Origin: a virus
Lineage: Duplodnaviria; Caudoviricetes
Virus record (IMG/VR): IMGVR_UViG_3300042923_000056
Coordinates: 1 to 32,443 of that record
Length of the DNA: 32,443 bases
Strand: one strand, 5' to 3'
This document shows positions 9,038 to 17,216 of this stretch, one piece after another (position 1 is the stretch's first letter; each line of letters opens with the position of its first letter). A program made the position numbers and the translations under genes. The notes under the pieces were generated by a model that saw nothing but the letters and a program-made list of their open reading frames with translations, searched no databases and was not told where the DNA came from.

Positions 9038-10360
9038 TTATCTCACCACGACTTTCATATAAATTTTCTCAATGGCGTCGACCGGCTGGATGTAAACCTC
9101 GACATAAACGCTGTCCGTCTCCGTCCCCTGCTGGACAATTACGTCCGTTTGAGAGTCGAAGTTTTGAATGGCGCTGATGTTCTGCAGCGTCTCCAAGTAC
9201 TTGATAATCTCAGCCTTAAGGAGATTCCGGCCCTCGGGGTGGTTATCCACTTTTCCCAAATAGAATTCGCTGAAAATCCGGTTGAAATCGTTGTTGATGC
9301 CGTCCAGCACCCGGAGCACTCGGTTTTTCGAAAATGCTCTGTTCTTGGTCGGCACAAAGCTCGTATAGGTGTTGATATCTTTCTCGACAAGGGCCCGGCC
9401 ATTATTTGCAGTAAAGAGGAATTCCCCGGCTTGCAGCGCGGCAATGATCTGGGCATTCGTATACCTGGTTGCCACGTCCACAGCGTCATCGTAAGCCGTG
9501 AAAGTCAGCGATTGGTTGATCTGTGCGCCAGCCGTCGCCCCCGCCGTCCACGCGGTCGCCTGCGCCGCCGTGAGCGCCGTTCCATCGGAGAGTATGACGC
9601 CGTTTTTGACGCCGATGACACCCTCATAGTCGGCCGTCGGGTAGTTCTCCAGCACAACCTGAATCTTCTTACCTTCGTCGTCACGGAGACGTTTGGTGAA
9701 AGCGACGAACGTTGATTTGAGCGTATTGTCCGTCGATGGCAACCCGATCGTATTGAAATCAAGGATTTCGACAGCCGCCAGATAATCGACATAGTCCTGA
9801 TTGGTTGTCGTCCCGTCTGCACCGCCGATCAGCGGCGCCCCCGCTGTTGTCGCCAGCGTTCCCGTGCCACTCCAGACGACCCAATCATTAGCGACAAGGC
9901 CCGCGATGTTTGCGACCGTTTGCGTGTCGTACTCGGATCCGCTGACAAGCGTTTTGACGTCGAATTTGGCGTTGTCGTCAATATTGGTCTGGATCACGAT
10001 GGTGATGTTATTACCGCGCGCGCCACCCCATTTGGCCGTTGCCGTCAGGTTCCCACTCGTGACGGCTGCTTTGGTTCCGGTGTTGACCCGGTAAACGAGC
10101 AGCGTCTTGGCCCGTTTGAGCGCTTCCCGGACAAGCAGCATTTGGGAAGTCGTGATGCCGTAGCCGAGCTTGTCAAACGGATCCTCGCCGGCCTCGATCG
10201 TAATGATCTTCTTTGGCTCGCCCCACGGCAGAACGAGCGGGAGAGAAACGATTCCGCGCTCTCCGACCGTGCCGATCGGCTTGGCTTCGCTCACCGTGTT
10301 GATATATACCCCGGCGCGCTCTTTGTTTTGCGTTGTCCATGTACCAGCTGCCACGATCAC
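9038..10360 (-). CDS. xkdK: Contractile tail sheath protein, XkdK
   Basis: GTWTTQNKERAGVYIN, ADYEGVI, FSKNRVLRVLD, QPVDAIEKIY; true start may be a few codons downstream. Confidence 0.95.
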   Translation of the reverse strand: MIVAAGTWTTQNKERAGVYINTVSEAKPIGTVGERGIVSLPLVLPWGEPKKIITIEAGEDPFDKLGYGITTSQMLLVREALKRAKTLLVYRVNTGTKAAVTSGNLTATAKWGGARGNNITIVIQTNIDDNAKFDVKTLVSGSEYDTQTVANIAGLVANDWVVWSGTGTLATTAGAPLIGGADGTTTNQDYVDYLAAVEILDFNTIGLPSTDNTLKSTFVAFTKRLRDDEGKKIQVVLENYPTADYEGVIGVKNGVILSDGTALTAAQATAWTAGATAGAQINQSLTFTAYDDAVDVATRYTNAQIIAALQAGEFLFTANNGRALVEKDINTYTSFVPTKNRAFSKNRVLRVLDGINNDFNRIFSEFYLGKVDNHPEGRNLLKAEIIKYLETLQNISAIQNFDSQTDVIVQQGTETDSVYVEVYIQPVDAIEKIYMKVVVR

Positions 10361-10524
10361 TCAGCCTCCTTTTTCAAAAAATCGTCTTTCAGTTTCTCGA
10401 CCTCGGCGAACGTATAGGACTTGCCGTCCTCCAGTACGGCGGTAAGGATATCGCGATCGATCCCCGACCGCTGCCGGGAGGCGAGAAATTGTTCTTTCGT
10501 AAACGTAGCCGTTAGCTTTGCCAT
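10357..10524 (-). CDS. Small conserved phage protein preceding the sheath (55 aa)
   Basis: MAKLTATFTKEQFLAS...RDILTAVLEDGKSYTFAEV...FLKKE; start reassigned to 10524. Confidence 0.75.
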   Translation of the reverse strand: MAKLTATFTKEQFLASRQRSGIDRDILTAVLEDGKSYTFAEVEKLKDDFLKKEAE

Positions 10525-10955
10525 TTGATCACTTCCTTTTGCTCTAGCGTCTGCATCTTCGGATGAATCGACTTGACCTCCCAAACCAACAAGGTGTAAT
10601 CGACAAAAAAATGCAGAACCTCGTCGATAATTTCAAAGCGCCTGCCGGTTCCCTGGACTGGTCGGCCGCCGACTTGGATCGTTTGGAGTGCGCTTGTCAG
10701 TTGCTCGGCCATATCGTACATGCTGTCGTTCTCGCGCGCCGGTGCAAAGTAGTGGACGTCGAACGGATGCACCCGCCGATTGCGCCGGCCGAGCTCTTGC
10801 GTATGCATCGGCTCGAGGAGTCGCACAAAGAAGCAGGGCGGATTGAGCTGCTGCTTGATCTCTTCGCCGTGGATCGGCACGTCGGGAAAGGCGGCATCCA
10901 GCGCAGCGTTTACCCCGTACCGGACATCGTTGAATGTAACCTGCGGCATGCTCAT
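10512..10955 (-). CDS. Tail terminator / tail completion protein
   Basis: EEIKQQLNPPCFFV...PFDVHYF...DEVLHFFVDY; start reassigned to MSMPQ; position before sheath. Confidence 0.8.
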   Translation of the reverse strand: MSMPQVTFNDVRYGVNAALDAAFPDVPIHGEEIKQQLNPPCFFVRLLEPMHTQELGRRNRRVHPFDVHYFAPARENDSMYDMAEQLTSALQTIQVGGRPVQGTGRRFEIIDEVLHFFVDYTLLVWEVKSIHPKMQTLEQKEVIKWQS

Positions 10956-11386
10956 CCCCCTTTCTTCGGCGGCCTGCCGTTCATCAATTGGTTCAGTAAC
11001 TGCGTCATCCGTTTTTCCAAATAGACCGGCAGCTCCTGCTCGATTTCCTTCATCGAGATGGTCATCATAAATCGACCTTCGACCCACTTAGTCAAATCCT
11101 CGCCGGTGCGGTGCCCGAATTCCACGTAGGGGGCGTACTCGGTGTTATTGTAGATCTCAACCTGGTAGGCGTCGCCATGACGGACCGCTTTGCCGACACG
11201 CCAGTTTCGCCGGAGCTCGCCGGAGTCAACTGGCGTCCGCTTTTTGACCTTTCGTTCGGCGCGGTAAGCCATCTCGAGTAGAAAATCCTGAATGAATCGC
11301 CCGATCACCCGGTCGTCCAAAGCCTTTTGAAAATTTTTCGCCATCCGTTTCAGCTCATCAAAATCGAACTTTCCCCATTTAGCCAC
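10952..11386 (-). CDS. HK97 gp10-like tail completion protein
   Basis: KKRTPVDSGELRRNW, NNTEYAPYVEFGHR, WVEGRFMM. Confidence 0.9.
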   Translation of the reverse strand: MAKWGKFDFDELKRMAKNFQKALDDRVIGRFIQDFLLEMAYRAERKVKKRTPVDSGELRRNWRVGKAVRHGDAYQVEIYNNTEYAPYVEFGHRTGEDLTKWVEGRFMMTISMKEIEQELPVYLEKRMTQLLNQLMNGRPPKKGG

Positions 11387-11781
11387 TACGCCCACTCCTT
11401 GCGCTGGATGCTGATTTCCTGATGGGTGGCATAGATGAATGGCTCGCCGGCTTTATACTTCCTTGTTGGAGCAATCGGCTCCCAGCCTGCGGGCGTGTCC
11501 TGGCCCCGTGTTACCTCCAGCATGTCGCCCTGTCGGATGTCCAGCTCCGGAACGATAAACAGCTTTGTTTCGTACCGGATATCGTTCTGCGCCTCAGTCT
11601 GGTTGTTCTGGCCGAGTACCCGCTGCGAGAGTCGGCACGGCTTGTTGATTTGGACCGGTTGTGGAGTCTGCTTCGTCTCCTTGGTGACCTGGTTCTTCGC
11701 TCCAGCGTATCGGTAGATAGTGCAGCGATCCGTATAGAGGCGCTCGATTGCCGCCCGGTGCTTGCCGTAGTCGATCGGCAT
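11386..11781 (-). CDS. Head-tail adaptor / stopper protein
   Basis: IERLYTDRCTIY...PCRLS...KLFIVPELDIRQGD...YATHQEI; neck synteny. Confidence 0.75.
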   Translation of the reverse strand: MPIDYGKHRAAIERLYTDRCTIYRYAGAKNQVTKETKQTPQPVQINKPCRLSQRVLGQNNQTEAQNDIRYETKLFIVPELDIRQGDMLEVTRGQDTPAGWEPIAPTRKYKAGEPFIYATHQEISIQRKEWA

Positions 11782-11782
11782 G

Positions 11783-12175
11783 TTACCACCTCATCCGTCG
11801 ATATGCGATCAGACTGGACCGATAGTCGAATACCACCGATTCGATAACCGTCAGGGTCGGAGCCGGGGGCGCCGTGCTGTCGACTGCTTTGATCGGTTTG
11901 ACCGTCGTATCCCCGATCTGCGTCTCGTATGTCTCGATCGGCTCCGGATCCGGAAACAAAATGGCGAGCTGCTCTGCGGATAGAGCGCTCGCCACCATGG
12001 CGACCCATGTTTGCTTGAGTCCGTCCGGTATCACCGTGATATTGCAAAAGTTTTTGATCGACTCCTCGACTGCATCGATATACAGATCGATCAAGTCGTC
12101 GTGAGTCGTTTCGGCCAGCGATAAACCTAATCGCCGCTTGACCAGAACACGGATATCCGCCTTATCGATTGCCAC
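11783..12175 (-). CDS. Head-tail connector protein (gp6/gp15-like)
   Basis: VKRRLGL...DDLIDLYI...IKNFCNITVIPDGL...IGDTTV...LIAYRRMRW. Confidence 0.8.
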   Translation of the reverse strand: MAIDKADIRVLVKRRLGLSLAETTHDDLIDLYIDAVEESIKNFCNITVIPDGLKQTWVAMVASALSAEQLAILFPDPEPIETYETQIGDTTVKPIKAVDSTAPPAPTLTVIESVVFDYRSSLIAYRRMRW

Positions 12176-12180
12176 GCGGA

Positions 12181-12516
12181 TCAGCTCCCCGCAATATAGG
12201 CGGCGCTCGCCGAGGATGTGGCGGCTTTGACATAGATCAAGTTGCGGTTTGCCACGTCAAGCCTAACGGACTGCCCCGGGGCGACGACATACGCCTGTGC
12301 CGTTGCATTGCCAACGAGCAGGTTCTCCGCGGCTTCTGCGCCAGTGTTTTGCACGATAACCCAGCTTACCGCTTGGGAAGCCCCCAGCGCGGCCGCCGTC
12401 CCTGTTGCAGCCAATGTTCCGGCGTAGATCGTACCGGATGCCGCGCGCTTCACCGGCAATGGGTTACTAGCGGATACCCATTTCACCTTTCGATTCGCAT
12501 CCAAGAAACGCGACAT
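12181..12516 (-). CDS. Hypothetical virion protein, beta-rich (possible decoration/head fibre)
   Basis: Ala/Val-rich beta pattern VIVQN...LLVG...VAPGQSV.LDV.N...IYV; within head gene cluster. Confidence 0.55.
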   Translation of the reverse strand: MSRFLDANRKVKWVSASNPLPVKRAASGTIYAGTLAATGTAAALGASQAVSWVIVQNTGAEAAENLLVGNATAQAYVVAPGQSVRLDVANRNLIYVKAATSSASAAYIAGS

Positions 12517-12519
12517 CGA

Positions 12520-12804
12520 TTACACCTCCTGCGCTGCTTCAATTGCAGCTATGATGTCTTCTCTTTTGACACCGTTGCCCAAGGTCAGCTTTCTGGCCTT
12601 CGCCAGCTTTCGAAGCTGCTGAATGGTCAGGGCTTGCAGATCCGTTTCGTCGATTTCCGGTTCATCGACCTCGTCTTCTTCATCGACCACGTCCAAATGA
12701 GCCTTGATGCGCTCATAACCCGATTGGTCGATCGAGAATTCCTCCCCGGGCAAGTGCCGGGTTCCGTTATGCCGTACGGCGACCTTTTTCGGTGTTACGA
12801 TCAT
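12520..12804 (-). CDS. Small head-cluster protein with C-terminal Rho-N/HeH-like helical domain
   Basis: VRHNG...PGEEF N-terminus; LQALTIQQLRKLAKARKL...KREDIIAAI C-terminus. Confidence 0.7.
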   Translation of the reverse strand: MIVTPKKVAVRHNGTRHLPGEEFSIDQSGYERIKAHLDVVDEEDEVDEPEIDETDLQALTIQQLRKLAKARKLTLGNGVKREDIIAAIEAAQEV

Positions 12805-12816
12805 GTCGTGTCCTCC

Positions 12817-13836
12817 TTAGATGACCTGCGCCTGGAATACTTCATCGGCAGCTGGGAAGCTCGGCAATGCCGTCGCGACTGCTTTCGTCCAGGTGCTGAC
12901 CGGATCGAGATTTTCCTCGTAGACCATCGCCAAGACATTTCCGACCATTTGCGTTTGAATCGAGGGATCGCGCATCAGGCGGATTTCTTCGGCCGTCGGC
13001 CCGTAAATCGTCTCACCGAGTGGTCCGTCAGGAAGCATGACGAATTTGTTTTGCGGGAAGTATCGCAATTGGGTATACGTCCCGTTCGCGTTCTGCTTCC
13101 GGTATACATCGTCATAGATCGCGATTGTCGGCAACTCCAGCTGGGTCAAGAAGGCGTTCAGGTCTAGCCGTGTAGCCACTCTGGCCGAGTTGTTGCCAAA
13201 CAAAGCACCAATCACGTTCGGATTACGAAGCAAAGCCATCAGGACCGCGCTGGACGTCAGGACACGGCGTGGCTTTGTGCCAAGGGTCGAATACCAATCC
13301 TGCATCTGCGTAATCGGGTCGCTGTCGGGGTCGGTCCACAGGTCAGATCCGGATAAAACCTCCTTATGATCGCTCGGCACCCCGTAATCGATGGTCGCGC
13401 TTAGATTGTTTTCGTTCAGCGTGACCGTGCCGTTCGCCGTAGCTTCCATCCGCATTGCCTCGACGCGGGCCCTCACGCCGGCGACCAGGACATCGATATC
13501 GTTGTACACCTCTCGCATCAAATATTGCTGCTCCGCCGGCGTGCGGGGGTTCTCAAGGGCGATGATTTCCTTTTCCGTCAGGGGCAGTTTCCGCTTAATC
13601 AACGCAAGCTCCAAAGCTTTTTTGTTTCCTTCACGGCTGCCGATCTCAGCCTCCGTATCGAAGGCGTGGACACTGGCGACGACAGGGATACGCTTTGCGC
13701 CTTTGATCTGGTCAAACTCCAGCGATTCGCGCTTGATCTCGGGGAACAGCGCCTCCCCCATCAGAGCCGGATACTGCCGGTTCTGCAAATAGTTCAGTAT
13801 TTCGCGCTGGGTAAAAAGCTCCAATACGCTAGGCAT
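12817..13836 (-). CDS. Major capsid protein (phage cap E-like, HK97 fold)
   Basis: 339 aa after scaffold/decoration; GEALFP, HAFDTEA, RARVEAMRME, IDYGVP, GETIYGPTAEE, ALPSFP. Confidence 0.9.
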   Translation of the reverse strand: MPSVLELFTQREILNYLQNRQYPALMGEALFPEIKRESLEFDQIKGAKRIPVVASVHAFDTEAEIGSREGNKKALELALIKRKLPLTEKEIIALENPRTPAEQQYLMREVYNDIDVLVAGVRARVEAMRMEATANGTVTLNENNLSATIDYGVPSDHKEVLSGSDLWTDPDSDPITQMQDWYSTLGTKPRRVLTSSAVLMALLRNPNVIGALFGNNSARVATRLDLNAFLTQLELPTIAIYDDVYRKQNANGTYTQLRYFPQNKFVMLPDGPLGETIYGPTAEEIRLMRDPSIQTQMVGNVLAMVYEENLDPVSTWTKAVATALPSFPAADEVFQAQVI

Positions 13837-13863
13837 GGTTGTATGTCCTCCCTTGGCGGTCGA

Positions 13864-14187
13864 TTACACGACCGTTTTGAATTTGATTTCTTTCATTGCC
13901 GTTTTGGCAGCCGTCGCAGGGGCGACCGGCAGACGCGCCTCCAATACCCAACCCTCAACCATGACGGAACCCGGTTGCGGGCCTTCGGTGACGTCCGTGT
14001 CGGTTAGTGTAAGGCCGATCGCGGTTGCGTCATTAGCCGGATAAACCGTACCCGCGGGGACGATCTTGCGGCCTTGCGCGTTGGCTGCGACGCCGCTGTC
14101 GCTGATTTGGTACGTGAAAGCGACGAATTTCGCGCTGGCGAGAAAATTGATCTGGTTTTTCGTGCCGTAATCTTTTACGTATGGCAT
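13864..14187 (-). CDS. Head decoration protein
   Basis: GRKIVPAGTVYPANDATAIG...DVTEG...G...ARLP; between scaffold and capsid. Confidence 0.72.
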   Translation of the reverse strand: MPYVKDYGTKNQINFLASAKFVAFTYQISDSGVAANAQGRKIVPAGTVYPANDATAIGLTLTDTDVTEGPQPGSVMVEGWVLEARLPVAPATAAKTAMKEIKFKTVV

Positions 14188-14202
14188 GGTGGTCTCCTTT
14201 CC

Positions 14203-14811
14203 TTATGCCCAAGGATTCGGTGCAGCTGCGGGGGCCTTTCCGCTTTCATTAGCTGCTTTTGCAAAATTGGCTCCGGCTCCAGTCGAGCCGTCACCTTCAT
14301 CTTCCTTACTGCCTGCCGGTACAAAGCCCTTGTACGTCTTTTTGTCGACAAACAAAAAAGCCTTGCTCGTCTGCAGGGCTCTGATCTGGTCATCCAAGCC
14401 GGTCTTCACGCCGCCATTGTCGTCCAATTCGATTTTCGATTTGTCCAGCAGACCGGCAACGATATCCGGATCGTGGACCTTGCCGGCAAGAGCCAGCTTC
14501 ACGGCCGTGCTGAGCCGCAGTTCCTTGGCATCGGCTTCGTACTTCTCTTTGGCCGTCTTGTTGTCGGCTTGCAACTGCGTGATCTGATCCTGCAATGCCT
14601 TGTTATCGCCAGCTGACTTGCTGAGAGTTTCCAACTGCTTGTCGCGGTCCGTGACGTCCTTCTCGAGCTGCTTGCGCTGCTCAGACACGTCGTTGTACTG
14701 CTGCTTCGGTACAAAGTGCTTCGGCAGTTCCTTGTTCACGTCGCCGATCAGGGAGTCGATCTTTGCATCATCCAGCCCTGCTGCTTTCAAAATTGCTCTA
14801 AGCCATTCCAT
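14203..14811 (-). CDS. Capsid scaffolding protein (phage GP20 family)
   Basis: FVPKQQYN, coiled coil, AVKLAL, GLDDQIRALQTSKAFLF. Confidence 0.88.
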   Translation of the reverse strand: MEWLRAILKAAGLDDAKIDSLIGDVNKELPKHFVPKQQYNDVSEQRKQLEKDVTDRDKQLETLSKSAGDNKALQDQITQLQADNKTAKEKYEADAKELRLSTAVKLALAGKVHDPDIVAGLLDKSKIELDDNGGVKTGLDDQIRALQTSKAFLFVDKKTYKGFVPAGSKEDEGDGSTGAGANFAKAANESGKAPAAAPNPWA

Positions 14812-14824
14812 ATATCTCAGCCTC

Positions 14825-14901
14825 CATACTTTTTATACTGGTCAGTGCCAGTTCGGGGCGGCCGTGATGCTCCGGCCAACGAGCAAAAGGTAAGTGCCCC
14901 G
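14825..14901 (-). promoter_or_regulatory. Structured RNA leader of the scaffold gene (GP20 RNA-motif-like)
   Basis: Stems CGGGGC/GCCCCG, GGCCG/CGGCC and ACTGG/CCAGT, then A-rich run and GGAGG. Confidence 0.5.
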
Positions 14902-14907
14902 GCAGTC

Positions 14908-15189
14908 TCATCCGGAGCCCGTTTCTTCCACAACCAACTCGTATTCGGACTCTAGCGCCTCGCGGGTACATACCCGCAGCGAACCGTCCGCCTCCTTGAC
15001 GATGCACTCGCCCAGCTTGGCGATCAAGACGCTAAACGCGCCGCGAATGACCCGCAGCTGCACACCCGCACTCGTATATTCAACGCTGATTGGCAGTCCG
15101 GCAAAATCGATGATCGCCTGATGGTTGCCGGGCGTATTGTCAAACTCGATTACGTCGATATAGACGTTTTTCATGTAGCGCAAGGGCAA
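14908..15189 (-). CDS. Conserved hypothetical phage protein upstream of the scaffold
   Basis: AGGAGG then TTG at 15189; AKLGECIVKEADG...C...E.EYE pattern typical of small phage proteins at this locus. Confidence 0.7.
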   Translation of the reverse strand: MPLRYMKNVYIDVIEFDNTPGNHQAIIDFAGLPISVEYTSAGVQLRVIRGAFSVLIAKLGECIVKEADGSLRVCTREALESEYELVVEETGSG

Positions 15190-15211
15190 GCTGATCACCT
15201 CCTAAGGCATG

Positions 15212-15244
15212 AAAAAAGCACCCTCGCAAATGCAGGAGTGCTTT
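15212..15244 (-). terminator. Intrinsic terminator after the MuF-associated cassette
   Basis: Minus strand AAAGCACTCCTGCATTTGCGAGGGTGCTTTTTT. Confidence 0.75.
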
Positions 15245-15507
15245 AATGTTATTCGATTTCATATCGATGATACTCATACTGCTGCTCTGACAACGTCAGG
15301 TACAATTCGCCGAATTTTTTATATGCTCTTTTTTCCGAAGTCGTAGCATTTGTGAGACTGACATCTTCCACGAGGACGAACTGTTTCCCACGTGTTATGT
15401 GGATTTCGAGGATGGGCCCGTGTCCCCCATGCCAGTACACGATCTGATCTAGTTCATAAGGTATTTCCACTGTGTAACTCCCTCCTTCGACAAATGCAGG
15501 AGTGCTT
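15227..15507. repeat. 17-bp direct repeat CAAATGCAGGAGTGCTT (15227-15243 and 15491-15507) flanking the 73-aa ORF
   Basis: Exact copies read from the sequence. Confidence 0.9.
15249..15470 (-). CDS. Hypothetical AT-rich cassette protein (73 aa)
   Basis: AAGGAGG RBS, GTG start; lower GC; bounded by direct repeats. Confidence 0.7.
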   Translation of the reverse strand: MEIPYELDQIVYWHGGHGPILEIHITRGKQFVLVEDVSLTNATTSEKRAYKKFGELYLTLSEQQYEYHRYEIE

Positions 15508-15508
15508 G

Positions 15509-15625
15509 CTACTTCTTCTCCGAATCGTCTTTACCGTCTTTCTCTTTCCCTGGCTTCGTGATAACGATCTCGCCTTCTTTCGAAGTAAACCGGTCTTCGC
15601 GAAATTCTTCCTGCTTGTCAGTCAT
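15509..15625 (-). CDS. 38-aa charged peptide, candidate immunity protein of the MuF-ART toxin
   Basis: Below ORF-track cutoff; start overlaps the MuF 3' end; MTDKQEEFREDRFTSKEGEIVITKPGKEKDGKDDSEKK*. Confidence 0.6.
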   Translation of the reverse strand: MTDKQEEFREDRFTSKEGEIVITKPGKEKDGKDDSEKK

Positions 15626-17216
15626 CTTCCAGCACCTCCGCAATCAGAAATATAGTTCCTGCCTCTTCTGTCGCTTCAAGGATTTTGTATCGTGTTCCCT
15701 TATCGAGCAGGAATTCCAATTCGTTTTCAAATTGACTGAGCGTCGAGACCGGCGCCCCTCGAGTTTTTACGGGTACACGTAGTTCCAACTTAATCCCTCC
15801 CGAAAACGAGCGATCCGACAGGAACGTTGTACTCATGAACCCCTTGTCCGCAACGATAACGCCCGGCAATTGGGATACTGGCATGCCGAAAATATTGCGA
15901 CTCAATCCGCGATACACCTTGATTGGTTCTTTGAGCCTGAATTTTCCAAGCCCGCGACTTATGTCATCTGCCATTTGATCGAGGTATGGATCTCCTTGAT
16001 CTTCCCGGAGATTTCGATTGATCTTCGTATACGAGCTGCCGGTATAGGTTCGGATTGCGTTCGTCTCCACATCGGTTAAGCTCTTTCGCCACTCAGGGGA
16101 CACCTCACTCACCCAAGATCGCACAGCATCCGGACTGGAAAAGGTCCAATATTCAGGTGGCTTTATTATATCACCTTTCGGCGGTTCTGACGATAAGACG
16201 TACTGCTTCTCCCATTCCGGATAGGTGATATCTCCAGGTACATAGTACGTTTTCCCGTCCGCATCCCGGGCGATCCGCTCCCCGGGATCGATCTCGTCGT
16301 CGAAGTACGGAACCGTCGTCGTCCGGCAACGCACGTGGAACGGCGGGTAATTGACGCCGACCTGCATTTCCGAAAGGGGAAAGACCTTGCCGTCCATGTC
16401 TCGACAAATCGGTGTTGTTCGGCTGTCCAGCGTCGACAACACCTCGTATTTCTGGACAACGCCGCTTTCCTTGTAGCCCGCCATTGTTGCCTGCCCGGTG
16501 AAAAAGGCACTCTCCGTTTGGACCAGGCGCTCCGCGTTGGACCGGGATACGTTCATCCGCTCGGTAACGTCTTTGACGGTCCGATCGACACTATCGCCCC
16601 GGATAAACGATTGCGAAAGCTTCGTCTGCAGCTCCTGCCGCAGCTTTGTCCGGTCATCCCAGATCCGCTGCGACCAGTTTCGGCCGTCCAGTTTGGCGCC
16701 GAGCACCGTTTTCAGGCCGTCATCGTCGATACGGGCGAAGGATACCCCGATTCCGGTACCCTTTTGCAGCTCGTACAACGTTCGGTAGTACGTATCCTTG
16801 TAGATGCCGCCCAGCAATGCACCTGTGCCCGCCTGTCGGCTTCCGACGAGCATTTCGACCTGCTGGTTGATCTGAACCAACAACGCCTCTAATCGGCTTA
16901 CACGCGTCCGAAAATAGACGTTGTTTAATTCCTTCGTCCACTGACCGTCTGCATTGTCCTTTGCTTTGGCTGTGAACTCCTTTAAGGTCATCTTGAACTC
17001 TTTCAGCTCGCCGGTCGTGAGCAGTTTTCGAGCCTCGGCCATGTCGATTTCGTTGTTCTTGGCGAATCGAGCGTAAAACGCCTCGATATCCCGCTTGATC
17101 GTCACCGTCGCCCGATCGAATTCCATTCGTTGCTCCAGCTCGTAGTCGTCCGCCTGTTTAAACTGGCGGGCCGCGATCTGCTCGGAACGCTTTTTCCAAT
17201 ACTCGGCCGATTTCAT
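15618..17216 (-). CDS. MuF/SPP1 gp7-like minor capsid protein fused to a C-terminal VIP2-like ADP-ribosyltransferase domain
   Basis: MuF motifs AERLVQTE, STLDSRTTPICRDMDG, NYPPFHVRCRTTTVPY; ART motifs YTGSSYTKINRNLR, VYRG, DKGFMSTT, ENELEFLL. Confidence 0.92.
   Translation of the reverse strand: MKSAEYWKKRSEQIAARQFKQADDYELEQRMEFDRATVTIKRDIEAFYARFAKNNEIDMAEARKLLTTGELKEFKMTLKEFTAKAKDNADGQWTKELNNVYFRTRVSRLEALLVQINQQVEMLVGSRQAGTGALLGGIYKDTYYRTLYELQKGTGIGVSFARIDDDGLKTVLGAKLDGRNWSQRIWDDRTKLRQELQTKLSQSFIRGDSVDRTVKDVTERMNVSRSNAERLVQTESAFFTGQATMAGYKESGVVQKYEVLSTLDSRTTPICRDMDGKVFPLSEMQVGVNYPPFHVRCRTTTVPYFDDEIDPGERIARDADGKTYYVPGDITYPEWEKQYVLSSEPPKGDIIKPPEYWTFSSPDAVRSWVSEVSPEWRKSLTDVETNAIRTYTGSSYTKINRNLREDQGDPYLDQMADDISRGLGKFRLKEPIKVYRGLSRNIFGMPVSQLPGVIVADKGFMSTTFLSDRSFSGGIKLELRVPVKTRGAPVSTLSQFENELEFLLDKGTRYKILEATEEAGTIFLIAEVLEDD

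Noticed and set aside
8200-13167. Long plus-strand ORFs (8200-9177, 9035-9715, 12169-13167 and similar ones elsewhere, e.g. 25195-26127)
   Set aside because: Antisense shadows of well-supported minus-strand genes in GC-rich DNA; no motifs recognised
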